Below the pieces are notes generated by a model, which was not told the origin of the DNA, did no database searches, and worked only from the letters and a program-made list of their open reading frames with translations. Both the position numbers and the translations under genes were made by a program. Source: Phoronis australis (Eukaryota; Animalia; Phoronida). Taken from it: a stretch of 64,000 nucleotides of DNA. Position 1 is the stretch's first letter; the number at the start of each line of letters is the position of its first letter. Positions 11,601 to 24,275 of this stretch are shown in pieces. The DNA lies in the NCBI GenBank assembly GCA_002633005.1, contig NMRA01000059.1:4853-68852 (forward strand), in the 5' to 3' direction.

Positions 11601-12856
11601 TTTTCTGTGTTTGGCTCTTCTGCACGTTGGAAATAATCGACATTAATTCACAGTTCAGTGTCAGTGATGGTCGACAGACTTTTAGCATCTCACTAACACT
11701 CAGTTTAAAGACTTGTTTAATTTAAGTATCGGGCTGCTTTACTTTCGTTAACATAAGCTTCACATCAAACAATGACACATATTTAAGACGTCGTTCATTC
11801 GCAACAGCCGTGGTGGGTAAAAGACATTCTCCTAACTTTAATAGTTGATAACTAACACAAAAAATAAATGGAAAGTCCTCGTACGTGATCTTTCTTCTAA
11901 GCTACTTTGTTGACTGATTAACAAAAAAATTTTGGAAATCGGTGGACCGGTTGCAAAGAAATAAGTAAAGACCCGGAACAGATAGGCAGACGATCAGGTG
12001 GCAGCGTCGTTCGGCTAAATTTCACGTTTTTTCATTAATCCTGCCATTGTTCTGCAGTAACTTTACTAAAGAAACAACCTTTTTCACGTTTTCGATGTGA
12101 CGGGCAGTTTACAATTATAAAATTTTGTAATTTTTTTGAAAAAGTCTGTCTGTCTAGTTGGGATGAGCGTAGCTTATCGGTAGTTCATTGCCTAGACTCA
12201 CAAAGTCTCGCTGTGACCTTCCATTAACATCTTCTGTGTTTATCGTGGTTTACAACCAAATATACTTGGATCGTATGCATCCCGATTCAAGCCAATACCC
12301 CGGTTACAGACGTCAATTAACATACATAGTTGTGTAAAAAGTGATGACGTATCTGCCAGCAATATAACGCAATTCCACGCGGTCAAATAATTGCAGGTCT
12401 TGGATTTTCGAGATTTAGTTAAACACCTGGGCAATTTAGCACTTGATTTTTTATAAAATTATGTGTTAGGATTAATCGGTGTGCTCCGACAATGGTTGCA
12501 CCCATTATTTGTCCCCGCAGAGTTGAGAAGGGATGCGATTGGAAAGCATGGCCGGGAAACAATATACAGCGCTTCATGAATGTGGCCTAATTATTATTAT
12601 TGTTTTTAATTTAGACATTTCAACTTTATTTGACTTCGTCCAAAACGTAAAATGACCCCCTTCTAAACAAGGAAATGCCCAATTGATAAAAAACAAACGC
12701 TCTCACGTCGCAGCAAAACCGGAACAGGATCAGATCTGACGGCCGAAAAAATTGTGAATGCAAGTTCTTGTAAACGACCACTAATGGGTACCAAAGTAAG
12801 TTATTTTTTCTACTACTGAGTAAGCCAACGAAAATGCAGTTGTCACTTCAGTTTCA

Positions 12857-12983
12857 CATGGTCGGCGCACCACTGAAAAAAGTGGAGGCCCACTGTGGTG
12901 CATCGCTTATAGACCATGGGCGTGGTAGCACTAAAAAATTGGGGGCTATAGTCTCCCCAGCTCCCTATGGTGCGCCGCCCATG
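12857..12983. mobile_element. Tiny MITE with 15-bp terminal inverted repeats
   Basis: catggtcggcgcacc ... ggtgcgccgcccatg (1 mismatch); no clean TSD. Confidence 0.45.
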
Positions 12984-13189
12984 TTTCATGCAGTAAAACT
13001 AAAGGTATAATTGTATATAATATCTTTGGAAAAACTATGAATGGAAAGGTGACTGGAGTTACGAAAAGCGAATGGAAAAGTGGATGTGATATGTCAAGGG
13101 AAGTCGTGAGGTTTTGAAACTGGGTAACAATGTCACGAATTGAAAACTAGCAGTACTGCTTGCTGCAAGCTGGACCAAGACAGACTTGT

Positions 13190-13357
13190 CCGTGGACCGC
13201 CTTGCAGGCTGTGATAACAGCTCGCGGCCCGTGGACCGCCTTGCCGGCTGTGATAACAGCTCGCGGCCCGTGGACTGCCTTGCCGGCTGTGATAACAGCT
13301 CGCGGCCCGTGGACCGCCTTGCAAGTTGTGATAGCAGCTCGCGGCCCGTGGACCGCC
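13190..13357. repeat. GC-rich 39-bp tandem repeat, about 4 copies
   Basis: ccgtggaccgccttgccggctgtgataacagctcgcggc; explains five overlapping repetitive ORFs. Confidence 0.95.
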
Positions 13358-15570
13358 AAATGGGTTGCCTTGTACATACATGCATGCAGTACGTCAAAAT
13401 CCGGCGCAACAAATTCGGCAAGTTGTGTTTGACACCACGCGACTGGCGAACACAACTGTGAGGCAGCAACAGTTACGTAGCTTGGTTATCTCAAAGGCTC
13501 ATTGTGGTTTGGGAAATACTGCGCTCACCTAACTGTCATTCATCGATTTTAAACAGTGCTTCGGGCAAAACGTTTTGAAACAACACTTTGAGAAAAATAC
13601 AAGAAAATTGTTGCCAAATAGCCTTGTAATCGAAGATAAAACCAAAAAAACAGAGCAGAAAGCTTTTAAAAATCCAAATTTATCAAAATGTGTTGATACA
13701 TCGTGTACACATATACAGTAACCACAAGGCTACGAATGTATTCATTGACCTCGGGCCCTTATCGACAAGTCAAATTTAGCTCAGTACCTACCAAATCAAA
13801 TATTTTAACTCGACGGTAAAAGTCTTAATTTTATTTTCTAAAATCAGAAAAGCTGCAGAATTTGGAGTTTGGACTTTTTAGCAGTATGCAGTTGATTGGG
13901 TCGCGTGACCATGTTTTATAAGTAAAATTTAGTAGAAAATGAAGTACGTTAGAGACACTGAACAGTATCAATAGCTTGCCCAAATTTCATTAAACATAAA
14001 TTTTCAAAATGAATCTCAAAAACGCCGTTAAAATATTTTGAATGACCATCTTGTTATCGTTTTTTGCAACCTTTGGGTTTTTTCATAACAATCGTGAAAG
14101 TTTAATTTTTAATAGCCACCCATTCAAAATTATCAAAGATATTAAATAACGCTTTTGAGAACAGTGCATAACGCATAGTATCAGAAAGTTTCGTATGAAT
14201 CCTAACATTTCTGACTTTGCCAAATATGGACATTTTTCATAACCTTATTAGCAACACCGTCGCACAAACTCACCTGATATATCTATGAGTTGGATATCAG
14301 TCAGCCTTTTCAAATCTGTCGAAGTGTTGACCTTTGTTTGAGAATCTGACCTTTCTGTATCATAAGGTTCGCATGGAGTTGAAGCAGCTTGCTGCGCGAC
14401 ATAAAGATAAAGTGTCGACTCAACACGAACATTAACACAACTCTTTATGATCTTCATCGGCCAGAAAAGTGGCTCTCTGAGATTAGACCCAACGTGCGGA
14501 TTAGATCTCACGAGATCAGGGGACACAGTCCTGTAACACCTTGCTGGCGATTTAATGGCTCACTATTTTAAACTGTATTTCGTATGCTACTAAAAACGAA
14601 AATGGAATTGGGCCTTTTACTTTCAAAATGTGTCTCATAATACCCTTTAGCCTCATAGGATTCTATCTCCGTTATTTGAAAGAACATCGAAACCGTCAGC
14701 GACTGACACTAAAAAATCGCAAAATCATTTTTTGATCATAAAACCGATTTTGTCCCTGTAATTTTCGATGCGTTAGTAGTGACCCAAAATGGTCGAGACT
14801 TTTCTGATACACGCACTTTTCTAATGAAACTCAGTCGTTTTCAGATCCTGTGAGAGTCACGTGGCCCTGCCTTTATTTACTTCTAATTCCGGCCTTTGTT
14901 GGTACATTCAAGGATATCTAAGACATGTACAAAATGGCTCACTTTGGAGCGTGACGTCACAGAAATGGCCGATCGGATTCATAACAAATTTTGTAATTTT
15001 TATTTAAGAAAATTGCATTAAACGTAAATGAAATAACTGAGAGAACTATAAAGACGTATATATGAAACGAAATTCGGCCATGTTATGACATCGCTGTTTT
15101 GCCGCGAATGTATCTTTCGTCTCTTGCTAAATTTCACTAAAACACGTGGTCACGTGACCCTATTAATGTGGTCTGGCATAAAGTCAAAATCAAGTTGTAC
15201 AAGCCATCTCTATTACAACATGCAAACTTTTCCTTTGTTAAAGTCTATAGTTTTGAAGGTTTTTTGCTAAATATAGACTTTTGGGAGATCTGAACATTTT
15301 CACTTGGACTAATATTATGACAAGACTGCAGCAAGCGATGATTTCTACACAATAATAGACATTAACAACACAAGGAGGAAAACAGTGTTCAACCTCCCAC
15401 ACCCCGCCCCCAGCTCTGCTATACAGTGAATTTATAAATGGCTCAAAAAGCCATACCAAGGAGTAATTCTCTTAATGTCATATTTTTCATATCTTGACGT
15501 CAATTGCAATTTCTTCAAATCTCCTAAAACTGTTGTTAAAAATCGAAATTTTAGAAAGGTTAACACAGTT

Positions 15571-15810
15571 TATATGGGGCGAATTGAGCCGTGGCTCAAC
15601 TATACCAGTTGATATGGGGCGACTTGAGCCGTGGCTCAACTCTACCAGTTGATATGGGGCGACTTGAGCCGTGACTCAACTCTACCAGTTGATATGGGGC
15701 GACTTGAGACGTGGCTCAACTCTACCAGTTGATATGGGGCGACTTGAGCCGGGGCTCAACTCTATCAGTTGATATGGGGCGACTTGAGCCGTGGCTCAAC
15801 TCTACCATTT
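15571..15810. repeat. 40-bp tandem repeat with internal palindrome, 6 copies
   Basis: gatatggggcgacttgagccgtggctcaactctaccagtt; TTGAGCC-gt-GGCTCAA hairpin in each unit; no spacers. Confidence 0.95.
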
Positions 15811-16399
15811 GATTTAAATTTCATTAGTTATGAAACATACTGTTTAGTTGCTTCACAATGATAATTAACAAAGTGCTTTCAGAGAATGTGAGAGTGAGCT
15901 ACTCTTATTCCTTCAGATTGTTACGCCTCAGAATTACACAACAAAAACTAATCATGGAGTTTATAATAGTGTGTGACAGCCCACTGTCCAGGCTGTGCAC
16001 AACACCAATACTGTTCATTCCACATCATTATTGTTCGTATCACCACGCCACTGACTCTATTTTCAAAAAACCACAAACCAGAACCTACTATGCTTCTTTG
16101 GCATTATAATAAACTGTAAAAACAAGATTTTTACTATAAGCATAGAAAAGTAATGTTTGCAAAAACGTGGACATTTGTGGATGTCCATAAATCTCCCTAA
16201 AATTAGTTTTACACACTAAAGTAAGATGCTTTACCTAAGAATCTCTTATGAGTATATTTCTAACATGGGAGAACTACGGTGTAGAGGGACTTGTGCTGCC
16301 ACCTAGCTACTGATAAAGAGGAATAGGATTAAACCAAAATTGCTGTGCACTCCGAGACAAAAGTTCATCACAATAATACACCATTACTGCCTTGACCAT

Positions 16400-16663
16400 T
16401 CAACATCCATCATCACAACCAATCGGGATTACACTCTAGTCTTCCAGGCCACATATCACCTACACATAGATGTCTCATAAACATCAGTGTCCAGTGCCAC
16501 AACCAATCAGGACTGTGCTGCAGTCATCTCATCCAGGTTTTTCACTGGACGAGGATAGATCACCTGCATAAAGGTGTCTCACAAACAGCCATTGAGTGTC
16601 CAGCCCCACAACCAATCAGGATTGTCCTATAGTCTTTCAGGCTTTTCACTGGACGAGGATAGA
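16400..16663 (-). repeat. Tandem ~104-bp copies of the SERGEF terminal coding segment in the 3' UTR
   Basis: tcacct at 16456, 16560, 16664 and cacaaccaatc at 16414, 16498, 16607, 16711. Confidence 0.9.
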
Positions 16664-16839
16664 TCACCTGCATAAAGGTGACTCACAAACAGCCAATGAG
16701 TGTCCAGCACCACAACCAATCAGGATTGTCCTATAGTCTTTAAGGCTTTTTACTGGACGAGGAGAACGCACATTCACTTGGTCACCACACCCACACATCC
16801 CATGTTCATTCCAGCCCCAAGAGAAACTGTTTGAAGACC
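16664..16839 (-). CDS. SERGEF: Secretion-regulating guanine nucleotide exchange factor (RCC1 repeats), exon 9 (last)
   Basis: ttttcAG; SFSWGWNEHGMCGCGDQVNVRSPRPVKSLKDYRTILIGCGAGHSLAVCESPLCR-TGA; WGWNEHGMCG...GCGAGHSLA is the recalled SERGEF C-terminal repeat. Confidence 0.9.
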
Positions 16840-17377
16840 CTGAAAATCACAAGCAAGTCACTATTGAATGGACAGGTCTTTGTACATGATTGCTTTCTCT
16901 ATTTATTGATTGTGTTCATTTGTGTCCTCAGTAATGCAGATCGAAATACTGAAACACTGAAGGAGGGCAGCAGGTTACCAAGCTGATTATTACATCTTCA
17001 GAATAAATATAATTTCATTGAGCTCAATGAGGTGTTATGTTGGACAAAAATAAATATTGCTACAAGTTTAAAAACCTTTTGATCGCATACTGCAGGGTCT
17101 GTTTCATGACAACGACTCTCCCACCGGTTGCCAATGATTTCATGTATAGCCCACACACTGACTTGAATACTTCCGCCTTAGCCAGTGCCTGGTGATACTT
17201 TTTTCAATTAAATGAAACATATTTACTACAAAAGCGAATATTTCCATGAAAAGTGTACAAAGCAAAATACTTTAGTAATCGACCTGTCCATCTCAGTGCA
17301 CTGATGGTAAGGCAACAGTAAACAAACTTAACTGAGAGTTTTAAACAGTTGACCATTAAGCAGGTATTTTCACATAC

Positions 17378-17536
17378 CAGATATTGCAATGCAGTGTTCA
17401 GATCCACAAGCAATCTTCTTCAAAGCATCACAAACAATGAGTGCTGGGTTCCGGTCAAACAAGACATCGCCAGCAGGTAGAGGTCGGCCAAGCTGACCAT
17501 AATCCCCTCGACCCCAACTAAAACCGCAGTCACTGG
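17378..17536 (-). CDS. SERGEF: SERGEF exon 8
   Basis: AG/GT bounded, phase 1-1; SWGRGDYGQLGRP...KIACGSEHCIAIS. Confidence 0.92.
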
Positions 17537-19000
17537 CTGAAAATGAGAGGTGATGGAAACAAATCTGAACATAGACATACTTCCCTGTTGAGAGTGCAGA
17601 CAAAACAATATAATGAAGAATCAGGCTTTATCAATGCATTCAATCCCTTCACACATCGTCATCAAAAAGGCAGTCATAATCATTTCTTCAACTAATTTTA
17701 GAAAAACTTTAGTCATACATAGACAGTGCACCTAACCCTTTGTGTTTCATAAAAGAAGTGAACAATGTGTTGTTTTACAGCATTCAATGACCGCACCAGA
17801 AGAAGAACAGGATAGATGGGTCAACTAATCAATTGAATGTGAATACTAAAGCTCATTTTGTAAATCATCCCACTTTCTGCTAATAAATTGGATGTGAATA
17901 CTAAAGCTCATTTTGTAAACCATCCCATCTTCTGCTAAAACAGATTCTTTGCCCCTTGAGAGTATTTTACTACAAAGCAAGAGTGGAATCTAACATTTTA
18001 ATGAGTGCAAACAAGCAACTGAGTAGAATCTAACATTTCATGAGTGCAAACAAGCAACTGAGTTCAAATGTATATCTTCAGTAGGTGTTACCACTTAGAT
18101 GTGCTGCCTCTTATGTATCTGACATCTTCAGTCAAACTGCTTCACAAGTCTTGAGGTGCCACCTTTAGTCAAACTGCTTCACAAGCCTTGGGGTGCCACC
18201 TTTAGTCAAACTGCTTCACAAGTCTTGTGGAACCACTTAAGTTTAGTCCAACTGCTTCAAGACAATCATGTGGCCAGCCTAGACCCCAAGCCTGAAGATG
18301 CCACTTATTGGTTTGGTGAGGAGAAATTTACTTGGCAGAATTCTGACATGTTTTTTACGGAAACTGCCAGAATATGACAAGTGATGTTAAGTTATATCAA
18401 GACCTCTTAAATTTGCAGTAGTACAATACAAGTCAAAATCAGTGGTATTTGCGCAGTATTTTAGGTTTAAATCATTGAAAATCTGATGTAATTGAATTCA
18501 AAAGCAGGATAATTTATATGGTGCTTTGAATAAAATGGAATTGACAATAAGTATGCAAACACCTATTATTACAAAAAAATAATAAAAACAGTGTCTTCTA
18601 ATTCAGAATCATGAACAGAAGCAACAACACCTGTGAAAATAGTTAAAATTTGCATTATGGATCTTGTTTAGTTTATCACATCACAGAAGTAAGGACAAGA
18701 ATCTCCACGAACTGGTATTTAAGTATTCATCAGAAATTCAAGTGTTTGAAGGCTTTTGTGTCTATCTTGTCAGCGATGAACGTCGTCTATGGCCAATCAG
18801 CGTGCAGAAGGGATATCTCCTCACCAAGGCTGAGATGACTAAACTGATCACTGCCATCATGAGGCTTGGGGACGAGGCTGCCTTGTGACAGCGTTCTTAA
18901 TCAAACACAATGTTTAGTGAAACAGCTCCACAGGTCCTGTGGTGCCATCTTTAGTTCAACTGTTTCACAACAGTCTTGGGGTGCATTTCAGTAAACTTAC

Positions 19001-19168
19001 CAGTGCTTGCTACTATAAAGTCCCAACCAGACGATAAGCACCTGACAGGTTTCCCACCAAAACTTGCAAGTGGAACTTCAACAACATTACATGACAAAGT
19101 CAGACCACTGCCACCAGGGCCCAACTGTCCGTGTTTGTTACTGCCCAGGATGTACACCACACCAGATT
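19001..19168 (-). CDS. SERGEF: SERGEF exon 7
   Basis: AG/GT bounded; ESGVVYILGSNKHGQLG...LSSGWDFIVAST. Confidence 0.92.
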
Positions 19169-19710
19169 CTATTGCACAAGAAAATAGGTCATCAGGTTAG
19201 AGTTCAAGTCAGGCAACTTGTGACCTTAAAAATTTACTGAAGGCAAAATTAGATTATGCGTTTTAGTTAAGAGAGAGTCTGTCTCAGTCAGTTGAAACAG
19301 GGGACTGGCAGAACAAACCTATCCAAAATTGGTCCACAAGCCTGATGTATAACCCTACCCACCAATAGTCTTTAAGCTAACTGGGCAAGGGTTATTCAAC
19401 TTTGCAATTAAATATCAAGTAAAGCCGGACACTATCACGCTTACCCAGGTTTCATTGGTGAAAGTTACAAAAGTTATCAACATACTAGATTACAAGTGAT
19501 TTTTCTGGGCTTGGACTAATTGTTATTCCTGGATACTCAATTCAATCAGTTAATTCAGAAATTCACAGGCTGTAATTTCATGAACCAAAAGCAACATTCT
19601 CCAATGAATGCTGGGAACAGAACATTATTAGGAAACCGTCAATTCAGTTGTAGAAAGACATCCATAAACCACGGAGTGTACTCTCTTCGGATACCCATGC
19701 TTTAAACAAT

Positions 19711-19850
19711 CAGCATGATAAATACCCACTCTTAACGAGTGTCAGCATGATAAATACCCACTCTTAACGAGTGTCAGCATGATAAATATCCACTCTTAAC
19801 GAGAGTCAGCATGATAAATACCCACTCTTATAGAGAGATAGCATGATAAA
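19711..19850. repeat. 32-bp tandem repeat, about 4 copies
   Basis: cagcatgataaatacccactcttaacgagtgt. Confidence 0.9.
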
Positions 19851-19950
19851 ATTACTTAACAGGCATCAAATGTAACATGGGGAGTGCACAGTGTAATGAA
19901 TACTAATAATCTTGACGTTAACTGCTGGTTACTTGTTAACGGCTCATTAC

Positions 19951-20022
19951 CTGTTAAAAAAGCTGTGTGGAAGGCCCCAGCAGCTACAGTGACAATTTTG
20001 GAGCTCACAGATTGGATGTTAA
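19951..20022 (-). CDS. SERGEF: SERGEF exon 6
   Basis: AG/GT bounded; NIQSVSSKIVTVAAGAFHTAFLT. Confidence 0.88.
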
Positions 20023-20899
20023 CTAGAAACAAAACAGACATATGAAATTATATTTGCTTTACATTGGGTTATATATCAATAAAATGTATTTCACAAAATA
20101 GGTCAAAAAGGAACACACAGCATTGAAGTGGAGCCATGACACCACTGCATACAGTTCATACTTTTAGGTGTTTTATCATGGAATATAAACAAATAAAAAG
20201 ACAATACGAAGCATAGCATAAGACAACTCCCTCTGAAACGAGACAAGTCAGCTGTTACCTCCTTGATAAAAACTTTTTTTGGTAGATCACCCACTCCTTT
20301 TTGAAAAGATGAACAAAAGCAAGTATTAGTTTGATATTCCATGATTTCCAAAGCAATGAGGACAAAAAATCCCATCATTTTTGCTCTGGTGGGTTTTGTT
20401 TTTGAGCAAGTGAACAACTAAAAATACTGCACAACCGATTTGATTTCCACAAAAATGAACAAACTATGCTTTTTAGCTTTATCCTGGACATCTTTTACAT
20501 GTAAATGTGTTTTGAGTGTTAACTATTCAAAAGAATATTAAAAGTGACATAAATAAGTCAGCAAATGACCTACATCTTAGTTCTGTATTCTGCATTAAAT
20601 AGACACGCTACTCAACATAAACTTCATTCTTTCATCTAGACTGTAACTGAGATTGCAAACTCGCAACAAAACAAGATACACAACAAAAGAAGGCACTGCA
20701 CACAGTTTTAACATGAACACTGAATTACTGTATTAGATAATTGATAAAAATTCATATTTTTATATGGAATTGTTGCTTTTGTAATATAATGGTGAGCTGA
20801 TGAAAATTTAGTGGAAAATACAAGTCGATAGGCTAGATTAAGCAAACATCTCTGGTTCAATAAGACGTCAATATTTTGATAAAATAACTATCCACTTAC

Positions 20900-20986
20900 A
20901 TTTTTTAAAACTTACGATCTTTGAATTTTCATTCGAGCCTAGTTGTCCTTTGCTGGCTGATCCACACCCATAGAGGTCACCGGATT
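20900..20986 (-). CDS. SERGEF: SERGEF exon 5
   Basis: ttgttAG; ESGDLYGCGSASKGQLGSNENSKIVSFKK; the GTAAGT donor at 20899 gives the phase 1 needed for exon 6. Confidence 0.8.
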
Positions 20987-21444
20987 CTAACAAAACATGA
21001 GAATTAACATTATATTTAATGAGATTATACTCAAACTAACACAATCAAAAAATGACTACTGCTTTACATGCTTCAGGAAGGAACGTGAGATAAAAAGAAA
21101 GAAGATTTTTCGTATCAAAAATGTGAAACTCCAAAAGAATAAAAATGTGTTCGTAAGAATAGAATTGTGGTATGTGGGCAAGACTGTACTTAAGAATCTA
21201 TTTGTGTTTGTGAGTGCGAAGTATATGGGATGGAACATTCATGTTGTTTAGGAGAAAAAGGTTGTCCTAAACATAGTGTAGGTACAACTGCACCTACATG
21301 ATCAACTATACATAGATACGCATGTGTGCCACCAAAATTATTAAACATTTACTGCTCCAACAGGAAGCGCCACCAAAGCAGTGATAATTAGGGTCCCGAT
21401 AATGATGTGGCTTGTTTTACACTAATGATTGATATGCACTGAGG

Positions 21445-21858
21445 CTTTCATAGTATACATGTCAATACAATACAGAGTACTCCATAGTATACCTGTCAAT
21501 ACAATACAGAGTATTCCATAGTATACATGCCAATACAATACACAGTACTTCATAGTATACATGTCAATACAATAAGAGTACTTCATAGTATACCTTTCAA
21601 TTTAATAGAGTACTTCATAGTATATGTGTCAATACAATACAAAGTACTTCATAGTATATGTGTCAATACAATACAGAGTATGCCATAGTATAACTTTCAA
21701 TGCAATACAAAGTACTTCATAGTATACCTGTTAATACAATACAGAGTACTTCATAGTATATGTGTCAATACAATACAGAGTGCTCCATAGTATATCTTTC
21801 AATTCAATAGTCAGAGTACTTCATAGTATATGTGTCAATACAATACTAAGAACTTCAT
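21445..21858. repeat. 34-bp tandem repeat, about 12 copies
   Basis: catagtatacatgtcaatacaatacagagtactt; abuts the exon 4 donor. Confidence 0.95.
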
Positions 21859-21860
21859 AC

Positions 21861-22013
21861 CTGCCAATACAACTGAATGGCGAAGACCAGCAGCCACGTC
21901 AATTACTGGTTCTCCTATGTTCACCTGTGTTGCTGTGGTTACGTGATCAGTAGTGGCCAAGTGACCAAGTTGTCCATAACGATTGGAGCCCCAACAAAAC
22001 AACTGACCATTAA
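21861..22013 (-). CDS. SERGEF: SERGEF exon 4
   Basis: AG/GT bounded; VNGQLFCWGSNRYGQLG...DVAAGLRHSVVLA. Confidence 0.92.
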
Positions 22014-22763
22014 CTGCAATAAGCAATAACAACTCCACAACTCTTACTTCTATTGACTGTGACATTTTTATAATCTTAACAGCACTGATGAAGCTAATTA
22101 CTTACAAAGCAACAATATCAGTTCATCATCATGCACTCAACAGCAACACAAAAGTTAACAGTTATTTCATTTAGAATCACACGATGTTATCAAAACCACA
22201 TAAGTAATGGCATGGTACAAAGATACAGGCCTTCATCAAGCCCTGGCGCCTTGACAGCCGCTAGAACATAAGGAAAGCCTGCCAATTAGTGAGTGAACTT
22301 CACAAAGGGATCTATTTGTAGGGAGTTTCCAAACTTTTGCTAAGTTTTCTCCCAGAAACGCCACCACTACGTAGGTGTGAATCCCATGAGCCTAACACTT
22401 TCATAGGCATTCTTGGACAGTTACATCTTTAATTCATTAAGCCTGAAACAGCACAACAACAAGATGTTGTCCTCAGACTCACAAAGTTAATTTTCTTGGA
22501 AGTGTTTGTGAAAATGTCACTTCCAAGCTGCATGTTCCGTGAGACTCTTCTATAGGAGTACCTACCCCCCCAAGTATGTCTTTGTACTGTAGTGATAGTA
22601 TAGCTAGCGGACATCATCCTGTTAAGACAGTTGTTAAATAGGCACAGGGCTTGCCTGGTCTTGTCAACTTGTTCTGATCAAATATAAGTTTGTACCCAAA
22701 CTAAATGACATTTCTACATGTACAAGACTGAAATGCATGAATAGTATAAAGAAGAGAACTAAC

Positions 22764-22913
22764 CTGTTGCTGCTAAGGAGAAGTCCCATCCTGCTGCTAT
22801 GACACGGACATTTTCTAATTGGGTCACTTTCACCAAGCTTGCCACGTTGTTTGTGTGACCTTGACCAAGCTGACCTTTAACATTCCAGCCACAAGAGTAA
22901 ACAGAACCATTAG
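22764..22913 (-). CDS. SERGEF: SERGEF exon 3
   Basis: AG/GT bounded; ANGSVYSCGWNVKGQLGQGH...IAAGWDFSLAAT. Confidence 0.92.
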
Positions 22914-22976
22914 CTATAAGAAAGAAGAGCAAGAATTTTGCACAGGTGGGCAAGCATTACGGAACCATGTTCCAAA

Positions 22977-23920
22977 CAAACAAGAGCAACATGTAGAGTA
23001 ATTGGTATGCATCCATCATCTACAATACAAGTGGTGGAGATATACAGGATGCTCAGAAAACCAACAGCAACCCTGCTCTCTTCAATCGGATTACATGGAG
23101 CAAATTTCATGAAGATTGAAAATTGCCTCCATAAGGTGCTACAGTAGATCTGTCCAAACATTAATGCAAAGATCTCCCTTAAGAACACACCTTCCAATTT
23201 TCATGACTACTCTTCAAGTGCTCTGGCGGATGCTAAATATATATACACAAATACAATAAAAATGGTCACCAGGGGCACAGAATATGTGGAATCCGAAATT
23301 GAGCAGGTGCCATCCCCTCCTTTCTAGAAGCATATTAGCTAGAATTCACGGAGATATGAACTTGGTAGATATTGTGGGACATGCAAAGAAAACCAAATTG
23401 ATTCTAGGGGAAGCCACAATAGTCAGGCTCGTCCCAAAGTCAACGCGAGTTTTGCTCCTAAATAGCAGCATACAGAGCAACTTTCATAAAAAATCATCAG
23501 GAAAAATGATAGATATTGAGGCAGAAAGAAAAAAAACATATTACCACAACAGGGCACATAATACAGTAGTCAGACCTGTCTAAAAGTCAACATCAGTAAT
23601 GCTCTCTTCAGTAGGAACATGTACAATGAATTTCATGAAGACCCATGAAATTGGAAGATATTGAGCCTGAGATAAAAAATGCCACTAGGGGTATAACAAT
23701 AGTCGGACCCATTTGAAAATCAATGTCAGTTATGATTACCTCATTAAGAGCATATTTCCTATATTTCACAATGATTGTCAAGCGATTCAGTGGAAAAAGA
23801 AGAGGACATCCAAACTCCAAAATAATAAAAATGGTCACTAGGTTGTGTAAATTTGTCGGCATCACCTCAACAGAAACCTATTTGTCAAATTTCATAAAAC
23901 TCCATCAAGGACATACATCT
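22977..23920 (+). mobile_element. Degenerate HINE-like repeat (relative of 24276-26120)
   Basis: Starts aacaagagcaac; shares aaatttcat and aaaatggtcact/gccactagg subunit motifs. Confidence 0.5.
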
Positions 23921-24098
23921 TTGTGTAATACATCAAGGGTGATACATCTTTGGCAAACGGAAAAAAAACTTAGATGAACAATTAGCATGACTACTATCTT
24001 GGCACGTGGATGGGTTTCAGTGGAAAGCCGGGTTTCATTGTGGTTTTGCATATGTCAAATCCGGCTAAATTTAACCCCCAGCTTACTCGTGACATTAC

Positions 24099-24237
24099 CT
24101 GTCAGTACAAGAGTGTGTCCACCCCCTCCAGTGACAACTGTGATGGTCTCCTCAGGTAACTGCTTGCTGCAAACAAGAGCAGGTGATGCTTTGTCCTCGT
24201 TGTGCCCCAGTCCTAGCTGTCCATAGCTGTTTGCACC
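24099..24237 (-). CDS. SERGEF: SERGEF exon 2
   Basis: ttctAG; GANSYGQLGLGHNEDK...VTGGGGHTLVLT-G|GTAAT; matches the recalled SERGEF WGANSYGQLGLGH...GGGGH. Confidence 0.94.
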
Positions 24238-24275
24238 CTAGAAAGTGCATCAACTAGTCTATGAATAAATCAAAA

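Noticed and set aside
13059-13469. Five overlapping repetitive ORFs
   Set aside because: Artefact of a stop-free, GC-rich 39-bp tandem repeat
15571-15810. CRISPR array
   Set aside because: The palindromic repeats are contiguous with no unique spacers; there are no cas genes and the context is eukaryotic
20259-20296. Extra SERGEF micro-exon (VGDLPKKVFIKE)
   Set aside because: Phases do not fit between exons 5 and 6, and the distal exon 5 donor already restores the frame
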